A stretch of DNA of 63,301 nucleotides, filler included, from Octopus bimaculoides (lineage: Eukaryota), in the NCBI RefSeq assembly GCF_001194135.2. It is 4 parts of 4 records of this genome, joined end to end, with 100 filler letters (N's around TTAATTAATTAA, not from the genome) between each part and the next. Parts side by side here need not be neighbours in the genome. Positions count along the whole stretch, not along the records: positions 37,191 to 56,133 come from NC_068984.1; 3 more parts are not named here. One strand, 5' to 3'. The notes under the pieces are model-generated. The model was not told where the DNA came from and searched no databases. It saw nothing but the letters and a program-made list of their open reading frames with translations. The stretch's first letter is position 1. The number at the start of each line of letters is the position of its first letter. Below, piece by piece: positions 38,820-51,613 of this stretch. A program made the position numbers and the translations under genes.

Positions 38820-39055
38820 CCGGCTGACTCGCTCCTGTACCAGTGGCACATAAAAGCACTGTTTGAGTGTCGTCGATGCCGGTACCGCTTGACTGGCCCT
38901 CGTGCAGGTGGCACATAAAAAGCACCCTCTACACTCTCAGAGTGGTTGGCGTTAGGAAGGGCATCCAGCTGTAGAAACTTTGCCAGATCAGATTGGAGCC
39001 TCATGCAGGTTTCTGGCTCACCAACCCTCAGTCAAACCATCCAACCCATGTCAGC
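38820..39055 (+). mobile_element. RTE-type LINE 3' UTR fragment, joined to a reversed SINE A head at ~39056-39090
   Basis: Match to 51344-51613. Confidence 0.8.
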
Positions 39056-39087
39056 AGAACCATGTGGTTGGAAAGCAAACTACTTAC

Positions 39088-39136
<49 letters not shown>

Positions 39137-39176
39137 NNNNNNNNNNNNNNNNNNNNNNNNNNNNNNNNNNNNNNNN

Positions 39177-39218
<42 letters not shown>

Positions 39219-39283
39219 CACATGCATACCACATGTGCACACATATGTGCAGCTAAACAGTCTGAGCATGATAGGAATTTAAC

Positions 39284-39459
39284 CATTTTTATTGAGAGGT
39301 GAGAAGGCTGAGTGGCAGCAGGAGCAGACTGCACTATAATTAAGGTGTATTTGATGTCTGCCTCTAACCAGATTTGCCAGACCAATTCCTCTATTGGCTG
39401 TAAGAATTCAATACTATCAGACTGATGTTTACAATAGGAAGGGCCCAATGGAATAGCTG
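39284..39459 (-). other. candidate 176-nt exon
   Basis: Long pyrimidine tract TTTCCTCCTTTCTCTCTTTGTCACTCTGTAATTGATTTCAG; one open frame AIPLGPSYCKHQSDSIEFLQPIEELVWQIWLEADIKYTLIIVQ...; weak donor ATG/GTTAAA. Confidence 0.22.
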
Positions 39460-39599
39460 CTGAAATCAATTACAGAGTGACAAAGAGAGAAAGGAGGAAA
39501 TACACACACGCGCACATATATATATACTAATAGATGTGAATATATAATATATGTATGTTTGTATACATACATATATTATATACATACATACATACATAC

Positions 39600-39650
<51 letters not shown>

Positions 39651-40527
39651 NNNNNNNNNNNNNNNNNNNNNNNNNNNNNNNNNNNNNNNNNNNNNNNNNN
39701 NNNNNNNNNNNNNNNNNNNNNNNNNNNNNNNNNNNNNNNNNNNNNNNNNNNNNNNNNNNNNNNNNNNNNNNNNNNNNNNNNNNNNNNNNNNNNNNNNNNN
39801 NNNNNNNNNNNNNNNNNNNNNNNNNNNNNNNNNNNNNNNNNNNNNNNNNNNNNNNNNNNNNNNNNNNNNNNNNNNNNNNNNNNNNNNNNNNNNNNNNNNN
39901 NNNNNNNNNNNNNNNNNNNNNNNNNNNNNNNNNNNNNNNNNNNNNNNNNNNNNNNNNNNNNNNNNNNNNNNNNNNNNNNNNNNNNNNNNNNNNNNNNNNN
40001 NNNNNNNNNNNNNNNNNNNNNNNNNNNNNNNNNNNNNNNNNNNNNNNNNNNNNNNNNNNNNNNNNNNNNNNNNNNNNNNNNNNNNNNNNNNNNNNNNNNN
40101 NNNNNNNNNNNNNNNNNNNNNNNNNNNNNNNNNNNNNNNNNNNNNNNNNNNNNNNNNNNNNNNNNNNNNNNNNNNNNNNNNNNNNNNNNNNNNNNNNNNN
40201 NNNNNNNNNNNNNNNNNNATTTGCGGTCCATGGGAAGAGCCGTTTTAACCATGCGTCCTGCCCAACTCTTCGAAACGCCGGTGTTAAAACGGGGGTAGCT
40301 GATGAAGGAAAATGTTCTCTATGTGGCTTGTGTGTCTTCTGTACTCTGGTTATTATTATTTCTTGTCTACGTTTTGTTTGCAATGTCCTGTACCCAGATA
40401 TGCACCTATATATACAGGTAGACGTAGGTATGCACACACCTGTACGTATATATGCATATACTCATTTATGTAATCATCATCATCATCATAATCATTGTTT
40501 AATATCCATCTTCCATGCTAACAGGCA

Positions 40528-40680
40528 TGGGTGTGTGATAAGAAGTTTACTTCCCAATCACATGGTTCTGGGTTCAGTCCAACCGTGTGTTATCTTGGGC
40601 AAGTGTCTTCTACTATAGCTGTGGGCCAACCAAAGCCTTGTGAGTGGATTTACTAGGCAGAAACTGAAAGAAGCCTGTCA
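40528..40680 (+). mobile_element. SINE family A, 5' half
   Basis: Match to head and body. Confidence 0.8.
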
Positions 40681-41187
40681 TGTGTGTGTGTGTAAGATTA
40701 TCATTTTTACGTCTTTTCCATGCTTACATGTATGTATGTATGTATGTATGTTACATGGTCTGGCTATTAGTAACCAAACCTGCAGCCCTACCAAACCTGC
40801 TTTGTAAGGAGGGTGCATTTGTTTGGACACCTTGCAGGTGGGAAAACAGAAACTGTCAAAAGATGATTTAATTCAGTAGAGCTAATGACCATCCAGCAGG
40901 TGGGAGTAAATGTTGCCTTATCTTCCATTTGGCTTCTCTTTAAGTGAAGAAAATCCTTAAATCATGCTCTTCCTTGTTTCTGGACTCCTTGGCTTCTAGG
41001 TGAGAGTCACAGAAGTGTCGTGCAAGGTGTTATCAGCTTTAAAATTTCAGCGCAGGCATGTATAATAGGGAGACCAAACATGAGATGTTTCTTAGAATGA
41101 GATGGGTTTAGAAACTAGTTTTCATTTTGTCATGAGTTAACTTTCACCATGTATGTATGCATGTATGTATGCTTGCATGCATGTATG

Positions 41188-41221
<34 letters not shown>

Positions 41222-41258
41222 TGCATGTATGTATGCATGTATGTATATATGTGTTTGT

Positions 41259-41640
41259 GGAGGCGCAATGGCCCAGTGGTTAGAGCAGCGGACTCGCGGT
41301 CATAGGATTGCGGTTTCGATTCCCAGACCAGGCATTGTGAGTGTTTATTGAGTGAAAACACCTAAATCTCCACAAGGCTCCGGCGGGGGATGGTGGCGAA
41401 CCTTGCTGTACTCTTCCACCACAACTTTCTCTCACTCTTACTTCCTGTTTCTGTTGTACCTGTATTTCAAAGGGCCAGCCTTGTCACACTGTGTCACGCT
41501 GAATATCCCCGAGAATTATGTTAAGGGTACACGTGTCTGTGAAGAGCTCAGCCACTTGCACGTTAATTTCACGAGCAGGCTGTTCCGTTGATCGGATCAA
41601 CTGGAACCCTCGACGTCGTAAGCAACAGAGTGCCAACAAC
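41259..41640 (+). mobile_element. tRNA-derived SINE, family D, full length
   Basis: Head GGAGGCGCAATGGCCCAGTGGTTAGAGCAGCGGACTCGCGG...GGTTTCGATTCCCAG with A/B boxes, (CAA)n tail; partial copy at ~45920-46045. Confidence 0.8.
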
Positions 41641-43585
41641 AATATATGTGTTTGTGTATGTATGTATGTATGTATGTAAGTATGTATGTATGTATGTATG
41701 TCATTATTCAGTTTTATTTCAAGATTTCTTGCCAATAAAGAAAGAGCCAGTTTCTAACCTGGATCCAAGGCTCCTTTGGAATTTCAGCATCAGCAACAGG
41801 TTATTTTTGTATGTATGTATATGTGCAGATGTATGTATGTATGTATGTATGCATATATGCATGCGTGTATGTATGTATGTTTTGTTTTTGGTCATTTGTT
41901 TAACATTCATTTTTGAATGCAAGCATGGGTTAGATGGGAAGTTATTTGAGGCATGGATTTGATAGCTAGATGCTTTTACTGTCACTAACCTTTATTTGCA
42001 TGAACAGTCAGGCAGGCAGACAGTGAAAGAAAGGGTTAAGACAAAGAGAGATAAAGAGGGAAGGAGAGAAGGAATAAAAGCTAGTCAGATACATAATGTA
42101 TAGGGAGAGTCAGAGAATATGATAAACATTGCGAAAAATAAATAAATACTTATATTAGAAATAAAATAACAGTAAGAGAAATGAAGACAAACAATACAGT
42201 GGAATACTGAAGAAGATGATCATAGGAGAATGCAGAAGAAAGAAATACAACATACAATTAAACAATATAGAGAGTTTAAAATGAAAGAACTTAGAAAGAA
42301 AAGAGATTAAAAAGGAAAATATTGCAAAAGAAGTAAATTAAGCAAAAAATATAAGAAGACAGTTGGAAAATAAAATATGCAGACAACACAAATCATAATA
42401 ATGTCACAAAAGGCAAAAGAAGCATTTTTGGATTCTGAAAGAAATCAATTCCATTGAAGGCAACCATTTGGTTTATTCTTCAAGAATCATTAGATTTTTT
42501 AAAAACTGATTCTAATTTATTGCAAAATGTTTACAGTGGATTCTTCAGTATTCTTTGGCGTCGTTAAAAATAGGTGTCTTTTGTCTGTTTGCTGTTTCGT
42601 TGCATTCTTTGTTCAGTGTCCTTCTTAGTTCTTATAATGTATGTGTTTGTAGTGTGTGTGAATGTGCATGTGTGCATACTTGTTTATGTGACTGTTATAC
42701 TATATGCAGGAATGCAAACATAAATACATACTAAAATAGTATGTATGCATGTGTGTGCATGCATACAGATATTTATGTCTGTATGTATATGTTTATATCA
42801 GTGTATAATCAGAAATACAAACTATATTCCTTGGCGTTAAGAATGATCTTTTTTTCCTTAAATAAGTTTTGAACATATGCTCATATATTCTTGAGGATTA
42901 AGATTACCTCAGGATGTTTCGCTTCTCTCTCTTCAGCATAGCCTACAGGTACATGTAATCAAGGGCCTCCATGCCAAAGCCTGAAGATACATGATTTTTC
43001 TTTGTAAAGATATAGCAGGGGTTTCCTATTGCCTTCTGGCCTATTTATTTATTGTTGTTTACAAGCATAGCTGTTTGGTACTTTGGGCAGGTGTCTCCTA
43101 CTATAGCCTTGTTACTGACTAAAGCCTTGTGATTGGATCTGAGAAACAGAAACTGAAAGAAGCCCGTTGTTTAAGTGTGTGCATGTAAAAAGGTAGTTTC
43201 CTGCTCCCCTGAGCTTACTCATCAGGTACAGGACCTATTTAACCTTTTAGTAAGAGTTCTAGCACATATGACATCACAGCATGTTCTCACACTTATGGGT
43301 CTTTGTGATATGTGTCTAGGGACCAGGGTCCCTCTGAATCATGCATGCATTAGCCACAGGTCTATCCTCTACCATTTATCCTATTACTGGCGTCCTTGAC
43401 AGATTCTACAACCACAGGCCAGAGCATGCCAGGAAACATTGGTATCTAAGGGATAATTCCATGCTCACCAAAATTTCTGAATTCCTGGGCAGGATCCTTA
43501 CTACTGGATAAATTTAATGTCTTGCTCAGGACTAATAAGGGATGATGGTTCTCAATAGCAAACTTACTGTGGCTTTTATGTTTTT

Positions 43586-44010
43586 TTCTTTTACTTGCTT
43601 CAATCATTAGACTGCAGCCATGCTAGAGCACTGCCTTGAAGAAGTTTTAGTTGAATGTATCGACTCCAGTAATTATTCTATCGGTCTCTTTTGCAGAACT
43701 GCTAAGTTATGGGGACATAAACACACTAGCACCACCTGTCAAATGGTGGTGGGTGGGAAGACAACACAGATACAAAGACTTCTTTCAGTTTCCATCTACC
43801 AAATCCACTCACAAGACATTGTTTGGACCGAGGCCATAGCAGAAAAATCTTGCCCAAATCTTGTCTGTCCTTGTTTGTCCCCTCTGTGTGTAGCCCCTTG
43901 TGGGCAGTAAAAAAAAATAAGAAAAATCATGCCCAAAGTTGCCACGTAATGAGACTTAACTCAGAACCATGTTGCTGGGAAGCAAGCTTCTTACCACACA
44001 CCCACACCTG
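43586..44010 (-). mobile_element. SINE family A with a nested fragment
   Basis: Reverse-complement match interrupted at ~43855-43925. Confidence 0.8.
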
Positions 44011-44429
44011 TGCTGTGTCACTTTGCCATAAAAGTAAAAAAGAAATGTAAACCTAAATACAGAATATAAGTGATCAATAAGATCTAATTGTCATCAAGTC
44101 ACTAACAAAACAATTTGATAAATAAAATATATGAAAGATTTGAGATTTTATTATTGTTCTAAAATTTCTATCCCAATCTTAGACAAGTTTCTACACATTT
44201 TATGTTGCTGATACCAATTCCAATGTGATTTCACCTTTTTGTGTATTTAGATAAATTGCTTAGTGTTGTAAGTTAGGTTCAATACATGTTCTCTTTATTT
44301 CTCTTGGATTATTTCTAATGTGCATTCTTGGAGCATGCATTTGGTTGTTCCAGCTGTTTAAGACATCAATGTTGTCATGTAGTTTGGTAAATCTATTGCT
44401 CGGCACTGTTTGGAGTTCCTGTATACTAC

Positions 44430-45000
44430 AGAACGTCTACTCCCACCACCACCACTTCCAACAATAGCATGAACAACTACAGTTGTTGAAAACACTGTCA
44501 CCATGACTACTACCACTATTACTATAACGGAATCTGGCACCAGTTCAGTTCATGCTACCATCACCATATAAATGACTGCACCCACCACCATCACCACCAT
44601 ATTCATTCTACTCCTCATCTTCCTCCCCTCCTCCCCTCCTCCTCCTTCTCATTATCATTATCATCATCATCAACAGTGTCGTTGTAGTCATCGTCATCGT
44701 CATCCATCATAACCACCACCATCATTATCTCAAACACTCCACCAACAACATCACCATCACATCACCACAGCGTCGTTGTCATCGTCATCATCATCATCCC
44801 AACAAGCCCTACCGACAACACCATCACTACTGCTACAATCATCATCATCATCATCATCATCATTACCATCATCATCAACACCAACACTACCAACAACGAC
44901 AACAATTCCACCACCACTACTGCCACCATCATAACTGCTACTAACATTGTCACCATCATCTACATCATTGGTTGTAGCATTGTTAATAGTTTTTGTTTCT
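44430..45000. repeat. low-complexity (CAT/CAC/CAA)n region
   Basis: Degenerate trinucleotide runs. Confidence 0.85.
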
Positions 45001-45419
45001 TTATTTTTAATAAATAATGAAAGTCTCCACACAGCTCACAACATACCACAAGCACATGCTGTCTGTCTCCCTGTTGGTCCCATCCTAACTGAGATATTAC
45101 AAAGTAATTAATTAGATACGTCATCCTACAGTCACTCCGATTTTAAAAATGTGCAACCATTCTTATAGCTGTTTATATGTGTTCATAAATGGACATGGAC
45201 ACAGAGACACACACCCACATACACACAATGCACACACAACACATACGCAATGTGCACAGACACACGCACACACTCACTCAGACAGAATGTGAGGAATTGT
45301 TTAAAAACAATAATGAGCTTATTGTATACAAATACATGTCTTTTCAGATTTTATTCTATGTGCACATGTATGAATGCATATATGTGTACACATATTCACA
45401 CACATATGAATATCATTAA

Positions 45420-45650
45420 CATCATCATCATCGTCATCATCATCATCATCATCATCATTTTACATCCATTGTCCATGCTGGCATGGGTTGGATGGTTTGA
45501 CCGGGCTGGCATGCTGGAAGGCTGCACCAGACTCCAGTCTAATTTGGCATGGTTTTCCATGGCTCGATACCTTTCCTCACACCAACCACTCTGAGAGTGT
45601 AATGGCTACTTTTACATGCCACCAGCACGGGTGCCATTTGCATGACACCA
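45420..45650 (-). mobile_element. RTE-type LINE 3' end
   Basis: (CAT)n followed by the reverse complement of the RTE 3' UTR. Confidence 0.8.
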
Positions 45651-45654
45651 GGGT

Positions 45655-45910
45655 TTGAACTTTTACTGCCTTCAAAGTATTCTCCATTTGAAGCACTGCA
45701 TCATTCTAGACGTGTTTTCCACTGTTCGAAGCAGTGCTGGAACCCCTTGTGAAGTGATGCTTTTCAACGCCTCCATTGTCTTTTTTTTTTCCCTGCCTCT
45801 TCTACATTCTGCAAATTCCATAGCACCAGCTTTCGTCACCAGTGATGACCTTCGAAATAAGGTCAGGATCAACTTCCAACTGTTCTTTCAGTTCATGACA
45901 AGCATTCAGT
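45655..45910 (-). pseudogene. internally deleted mariner transposase
   Basis: CHELKEQLEVDPDLISKVITGDESWCYG (first catalytic D) fused to a frameshifted C-terminus ...KTMEALKSIT.../FQHCFEQWKTRLE*CSASNGEYFEG. Confidence 0.85.
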
Positions 45911-46429
45911 CATGACTACTAAGAACTATGTTAAGGGTATGCATGTCTGTAGAGTGCTCAATCATTTGCAGATAAATTTCACAAGCAGGTTGTTCTTTTG
46001 ATCGGATCAACTGGAGCACTTGTCTTCATAACGGACGAAGTATCAGCACCTCCTAGGGTAAATTTCTCAGGCAAGGAAGTACTCTCTTTTACAATGTACC
46101 TTTTCCATACTTCTACTTTTACCTGGAGTTGACCCATGTTTAACACCTCTTTCTGACTAGTGGTGCTAGCAAATAAATTACTGTTGATGATGTTCGTCTT
46201 GTTATTGTCATTTAAATTTGCATTTCTGCAACTTGTTACCTCTTATGCTTTTCAAATTGTTGTTATTTGTGTCTATAACTGTTTTTGTTTATAGTTTTAT
46301 CTGTTCTTTTTCTTTTTTTTTACAAAAATACTTTCCACATTTGCAAAATCTTATAGGGGAGGTATATTCATAGCTATCACCACTGGAATTTCACTTTAGT
46401 ATTCTTCTTCTGCCTCCTTTCTCCTCTAT

Positions 46430-46893
46430 TCTTTTCATTTGCTTCTTTTCATTGTCATTGATATCATCATTATCATCATCATCATCATCATAACCAGCAG
46501 TAGCAACAGCACTCTCAGTACCATCATCATCATCATCATCATCATCATTTTTCTCACTCTGTCACCACCTAAAAGCACAAATACCATGTAAAAAGAAAAA
46601 AAAAGCCTTCTTTCACATCCCTTCACCTTCAGTACAATCACTACCACCACCANNNNNNNNNNNNNNNNNNNNNNNNNNNNNNNNNNNNNNNNNNNNNNNN
46701 NNNNNNNNNNNNNNNNNNNNNNNNNNNNNNNNNNNNNNNNNCCTCCTAAATGTTCAAAGTGTGCTACTATTTGATTATTGCAGATTACAATTAGCGCTGC
46801 AATACAGTTGGCATTGTTACTTCTATTATTATTATTTGTGTTGTTGTTGTTGTTGTTTGATGAGGGGGAAAGATGTGAAGTTTTTATTGTCTA

Positions 46894-46947
<54 letters not shown>

Positions 46948-47240
46948 TTGTTTTGTTTCATGCATTGGCTTCTGCAATTATATAGTTTCTCTCAATATTC
47001 ATTTTATTGTCATTGTTGTTGTCGTCATCGTCGTCGTCGTTGTTGTTGTTGTTGTTGTTGTTGTTCAGTGATGAGGGGAGGCAGGTGCAGTGCTTTCTTG
47101 GATTTTTCTTTCCTTTCTTTTTTTTTTATTATTTGTTTTCATTGGCTTCTGTAATTATTCAGTTTAATTGTTCATTGTTGGCATTGTTATTATTGCTGTT
47201 GTTGTTTTGTTATTGTTGTTGTTGATGTTGCCCCCACTGC
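46430..47240. repeat. cluster of (CAT)n, (TTA)n, (GTT)n/(GTC)n microsatellites
   Basis: Directly visible. Confidence 0.9.
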
Positions 47241-47624
47241 TGCTGCTACTCAAACTCTGAGCAGGCTCGTTATCAAATGCACTCCACCCATGACCACTCC
47301 ATTTTTCTAATAGAATGTAGCCTACTACATTATCTAAGAGGCCTTGTTCTTTCCCAGGACAACATGATGTGATTTGAAGAAAGATATGGCTGCTATTTCT
47401 AGCAGGGCATATGACCATATAGATGCTCCCTCATTGGCCTCAGTTGTTATTGTTGTCATTGTTATTGTAAATCTTTAATAATAATGTTTTTATCACAATC
47501 AGTTCTTTCTCTTATTGTTTTTGTGTGTGTGTGTGTGTACTCAAGAAGACCTGTCCTCAACAGATCCCTCTGGTGAACTGGATTGGTCTGCAAGAATCTT
47601 CTGTCAGTGCCACATGAAAAAGCA

Positions 47625-47860
47625 CTCATGTTGGTGCTATGCAAAAAGCACTCGTGCCGGTGCTACATTTAAGTACTTGTACGGTGCCACGTTAAAAGCA
47701 TCCACCAGACACAGTAAAGTGGTTGGTGTAAGGAAGGGCATCTAACAATAGAAACCAAGCCAAATCAGACTAGAGCCTGATGCAGCTCTCTAGCTTGCCA
47801 GCTCCAGTCAAACTGTCCAACCCATGCCAGCATGGAAAACAGATGTTAAAGGATGATGAT
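47625..47860 (+). mobile_element. RTE-type LINE 3' end
   Basis: Match to 51344-51613. Confidence 0.8.
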
Positions 47861-47919
47861 AACTTATGTGTATAAAGAATAATAATTATTATTATTCTTT
47901 ATCTCAAGAGTTTCTAATA

Positions 47920-48930
47920 GGAAATTACTTACATGCCTATCTAACATGTACATCTTTGTGATTCCTATTAGCAAATAAAACATTTCTGATGGAGAATAAA
48001 TTACATGGAAAAATGCAAGCTAGAGAAATAATATTCTTAAGATCATAAACATGGAAAATTACAGGACAAGTTATTACACTTGGAAAAGTTCAGGACAACT
48101 TATAACATCTGGTAAAGTACAGAACAAGAAAATTTTTACTTAAAATATTGCAGCTAGGGATAAAATTTCAAATAAAATATTTAGATTTAGATAATATTAA
48201 CTTTTATTAAAACTAAAAATCTTATTGCAAGTTATTACTTGCTACTTCTATTAAAAATTAAAAATAATTCAATTACAATATTTTTTGTCCTTTAAAAGAT
48301 TCATTTTTTAATTAGTAATTAATAATTAGAAATTTGAAAATAGGTTATAAAAAATAATACTAGTACATAATTAGCTAGTACAATAAATAGAATAATACAA
48401 AAATTAGTTATATATTACAATAAAATTTACCTATAACAACAAATTCACAGTAAAATTTGCTTGAGTTATTGCCTAAGTTATTGCCAATTTTCACATTTTT
48501 AGTTTTGACCCAATGCCTACCATATATATTATTCTACTTTGCATAAAACTTTAGCTATATTGGCTCTCCTTTTTTTAAGTATTCTAGTGTGTCAATACTT
48601 TAACAAAATGATGGTACCTTTTTTAATTATGATGTTACTTTGTAAATCAAAATCAAATAACTTTTCATATTCAAATTTTATCCTTAGTTGCAATATATTA
48701 AGTAAAAATTTTCTTGTTCTGCACTTTACTAGATGTAATAAGTTGTCCTGAAATTTTCCAAATGTAATAACTTGTCCTGTAATTTTCCAGGTTTATAATC
48801 TTAAGAATATTATTTCTCTTGCTTGCATTTTTCTTTGTAATCCATGTTTTTTCCAGGCTATGCTATTATGCTAATTAGTAATGTGTCAAATGTGTCAATT
48901 AGTGGCATCGTTGATAATTTTTTCCTTACC
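47920..48930. mobile_element. foldback / long-TIR non-autonomous element
   Basis: 48001-48170 is the reverse complement of 48671-48840 with only scattered substitutions; weaker similarity extends outward to ~47920/48930; AT-rich non-coding spacer. Confidence 0.8.
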
Positions 48931-49472
48931 TCAATGACATTGGTGACATATATTAAAGTCCCCTTATAGAACTATATTCATAAAAAAGTATAAAACTATA
49001 TTATTACCCTAAAATTTGAGAAACAAACACTCATAACCTTTTTTTTTAAAACTTCATTACATGAGATAGATACCATGAAATTCCTCGAATTAAACTTAAT
49101 TAAAATATAGTTTGTTTTTAAAATAAACAAGTTAATTATACTTAAGTCCAATTTTTTACCTTTCTTAAATTTTTTTAATGATATTTTACCTCACAACTTT
49201 TTTGATACAAATTTTTATTGCATGGGAGCAAAACTATGAAATTCTTTATGCTTTCTTCTATCATTGAAGCTTAGATATATATTTTCTGCTTTTAAAATAA
49301 AAAAAGTTATTTAGATCTAAACTTTCATACAGCACCAATTATGCATAATATTGATTGTAATATCAGAACAAGCAAGTTTCAAGAGGAAACAGCTAGGATT
49401 TACCCTAAGTTATATATAATATATATATATTGACAGAATGAGACAAAAAAAAAAACATTTATCAAGAAAATG

Positions 49473-49518
49473 TCTTACAGCTGTTTCCAGGAGATTTTAT
49501 ATATCCTTTCATCAGAGA
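49473..49518 (-). ncRNA. type I hammerhead motif with palindromic stem III
   Basis: Minus strand: UCU-CUGAUGA-A-AGGA(UAUAUAAAAUC)UCCU-G-GAAA-CAGCU-GUA-AGA; ACAGCUGU is a perfect palindrome; stem I only 3 bp. Confidence 0.6.
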
Positions 49519-50280
49519 TGGTGCATGAAAATGTCTGAGTATTAATTATTGTAGACGAGATATGAAATACAGAGGGAAGTAAGAGGATGAATATAGAAGT
49601 GAGATACATAAGGATATTGTATATGCAGTTCCATTATTCAAGTAGAATGGTGTATATAAGAGGTGAAAAAATTTTGGGGGTGAAGAAATTTTCTTGTACC
49701 TGGTGTGTGAATTCCGATGGTGGTTATGTTTGGTTATTCCAAGCATAGAGCTTTGTAAACAGTGTTGGTCAATCAAGGGTTGAATTAAAATGTGTTGGTA
49801 GTGTTAATGGATAGATAGAGGGAGGAGAGATGTGTATAGTTAGAAAGAGGAGATAGGTCAAATGAAAAACAGGAAGAGAGAATGGGAGGAAAAAGAGAAG
49901 AAGCAAAAGGGAGGGAGACAAAAGAGAAATGAGTGTGGCCAGAATAAAGAGATAGGAGGAAGGGAGAGGCTAGGAGAAGAGAGAGGAAGAGATGAGAGGG
50001 TAAGGTGTAAAAGAATGTGAGATATGTGAGCAGGGGTGGTGTGACGGAGCTGTATTAAGGGATGGGTACAGAAAAGGTAGAGAGAAGGTAAGCATGGGGT
50101 GATATGTAAGTGGGTATTGGTTTTGATAGTAAAAATTGAGGTGGAATGAAGAATATAAGGGAGTCAAGCTACTATAGACATGGGTGGTGAGTTAGTAGGA
50201 AAAGAAAGAAAGAAAGAATGTATATGTGTGAATATGTATATAAACATAGGTACCCACACATGGATATATACATATGCATA

Positions 50281-51613
50281 TTTCAACACCAGGTAGATGG
50301 CCCTGCTCAGTATGTAGAAAAGGAGTAGGTAGTAACTCTATAAGATGTACCCGGTGCAAGCTATGGACACATAAGAGGTGCAGCAACATCAAAGGCAGGT
50401 TAACTAGCAAGTTAGTTTTTGTTTGTGGCAGATGTTCAGGTGCAATAAAGACTGCAAACAAACAGGAAACAACTTCTATCTCATTCCAGGGTGAAAAACT
50501 AGAGGTAGTCGATAGCTTCCGCTATCTGGGCGACCAAGTTAGTAGTGGGGGTGGGTGCGCTGAAAGTGTAGCTGCTAGAATAAGAATAGCCTGGGCNNNN
50601 NNNNNNNNNNNNNNNNNNNNNNNNNNNNNNNNNNNNNNNNNNNNNNNNNNNNNNNNNNNNNNNNNNNNNNNNNNNNNNNNNNNNNNNNNNNNNNNNNNNN
50701 NNNNNNNNNNNNNNNNNNNNNNNNNNNNNNNNNNNNNNNNNNNNNNNNNNNNNNNNNNNNNNNNNNNNNNNNNNNNNNNNNNNNNNNNNNNNNNNNNNNN
50801 NNNNNNNNNNNNNNNNNNNNNNNNNNNNNNNNNNNNNNNNNNNNNNNNNNNNNNNNNNNNNNNNNNNNNNNNNNNNNNNNNNNNNNNNNNNNNNNNNNNN
50901 NNNNNNNNNNNNNNNNNNNNNNNNNNNNNNNNNNNNNNNNNNNNNNNNNNNNNNNNNNNNNNNNNNNNNNNNNNNNNNNNNNNNNNNNNNNNNNNNNNNN
51001 NNNNNNNNNNNNNNNNNNNNNNNNNNNNNNNNNNNNNNNNNNNNNNNNNNNNNNNNNNNNNNNNNNNNNNNNNNNNNNNNNNNNNNNNNNNNNNNNNNNN
51101 NNNNNNNNNNNNNNNNNNNNNNNNNNNNNNNNNNNNNNNNNNNNNNNNNNNNNNNNNNNNNNNNNNNNNNNNNNNNNNNNNNNNNNNNNNNNNNNNNNNN
51201 NNNNNNNNNNNNNNNNNNNNNNNNNNNNNNNNNNNNNNNNNNNNNNNNNNNNNNNNNNNNNNNNNNNNNNNNNNNNNNNNNNNNNNNNNNNNNNNNNNNN
51301 NNNNNNNNNNNNNNNNNNNNNNNNNNNNNNNNNNNNNNNNNNNCGTTGCCAGTGCCCCTGGACTGGCTTGTGCGGGTGGCACATAAAAGACACCATTTCG
51401 AGCGTGGCCGTTTTCGTGCGGGTGACACGTAAAAGCACCCACTACACTCTCTGAGTGGTTGGCGTTAGGAAGGGCATCCAGCTGTAGAAACTCTGCCAAA
51501 TCAGACTGGAGCCTGGTGTTGCCATCCGGTTTCACCAGTCCTCAGTCAAATCGTCCAACCCATGCTAGCATGGAAAGCGGACGTTAAACGATGATGATGA
51601 TGATGATGATGAT
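50281..51613 (+). mobile_element. 5'-truncated RTE-type LINE (PHD finger + RT C-terminus, gap, 3' UTR, (GAT)n tail)
   Basis: WPCSVCRKGVGSNSIRCTRCKLWTHKRC...FVCGRC then LEVVDSFRYLGDQVSSGGGCAESVAARIRIAW; 11-bp TSD ACATATGCATA (50270-50280) / ACACATGCATA (51614-51624). Confidence 0.9.

Noticed and set aside
41259-41335. tRNA-like sequence
   Set aside because: It is the head of SINE family D, continuing into a SINE body and (CAA)n tail; no complete cloverleaf supported
43190-43232. Minus-strand CTGATGA...GAAA with a GCTC/GAGC stem
   Set aside because: No stem I or stem III pairing; treated as chance
51524-51546. CTGAGGA...GAAA on the antisense of the RTE 3' UTR
   Set aside because: GAAA is not conserved in the other RTE copies and no stems I/III form
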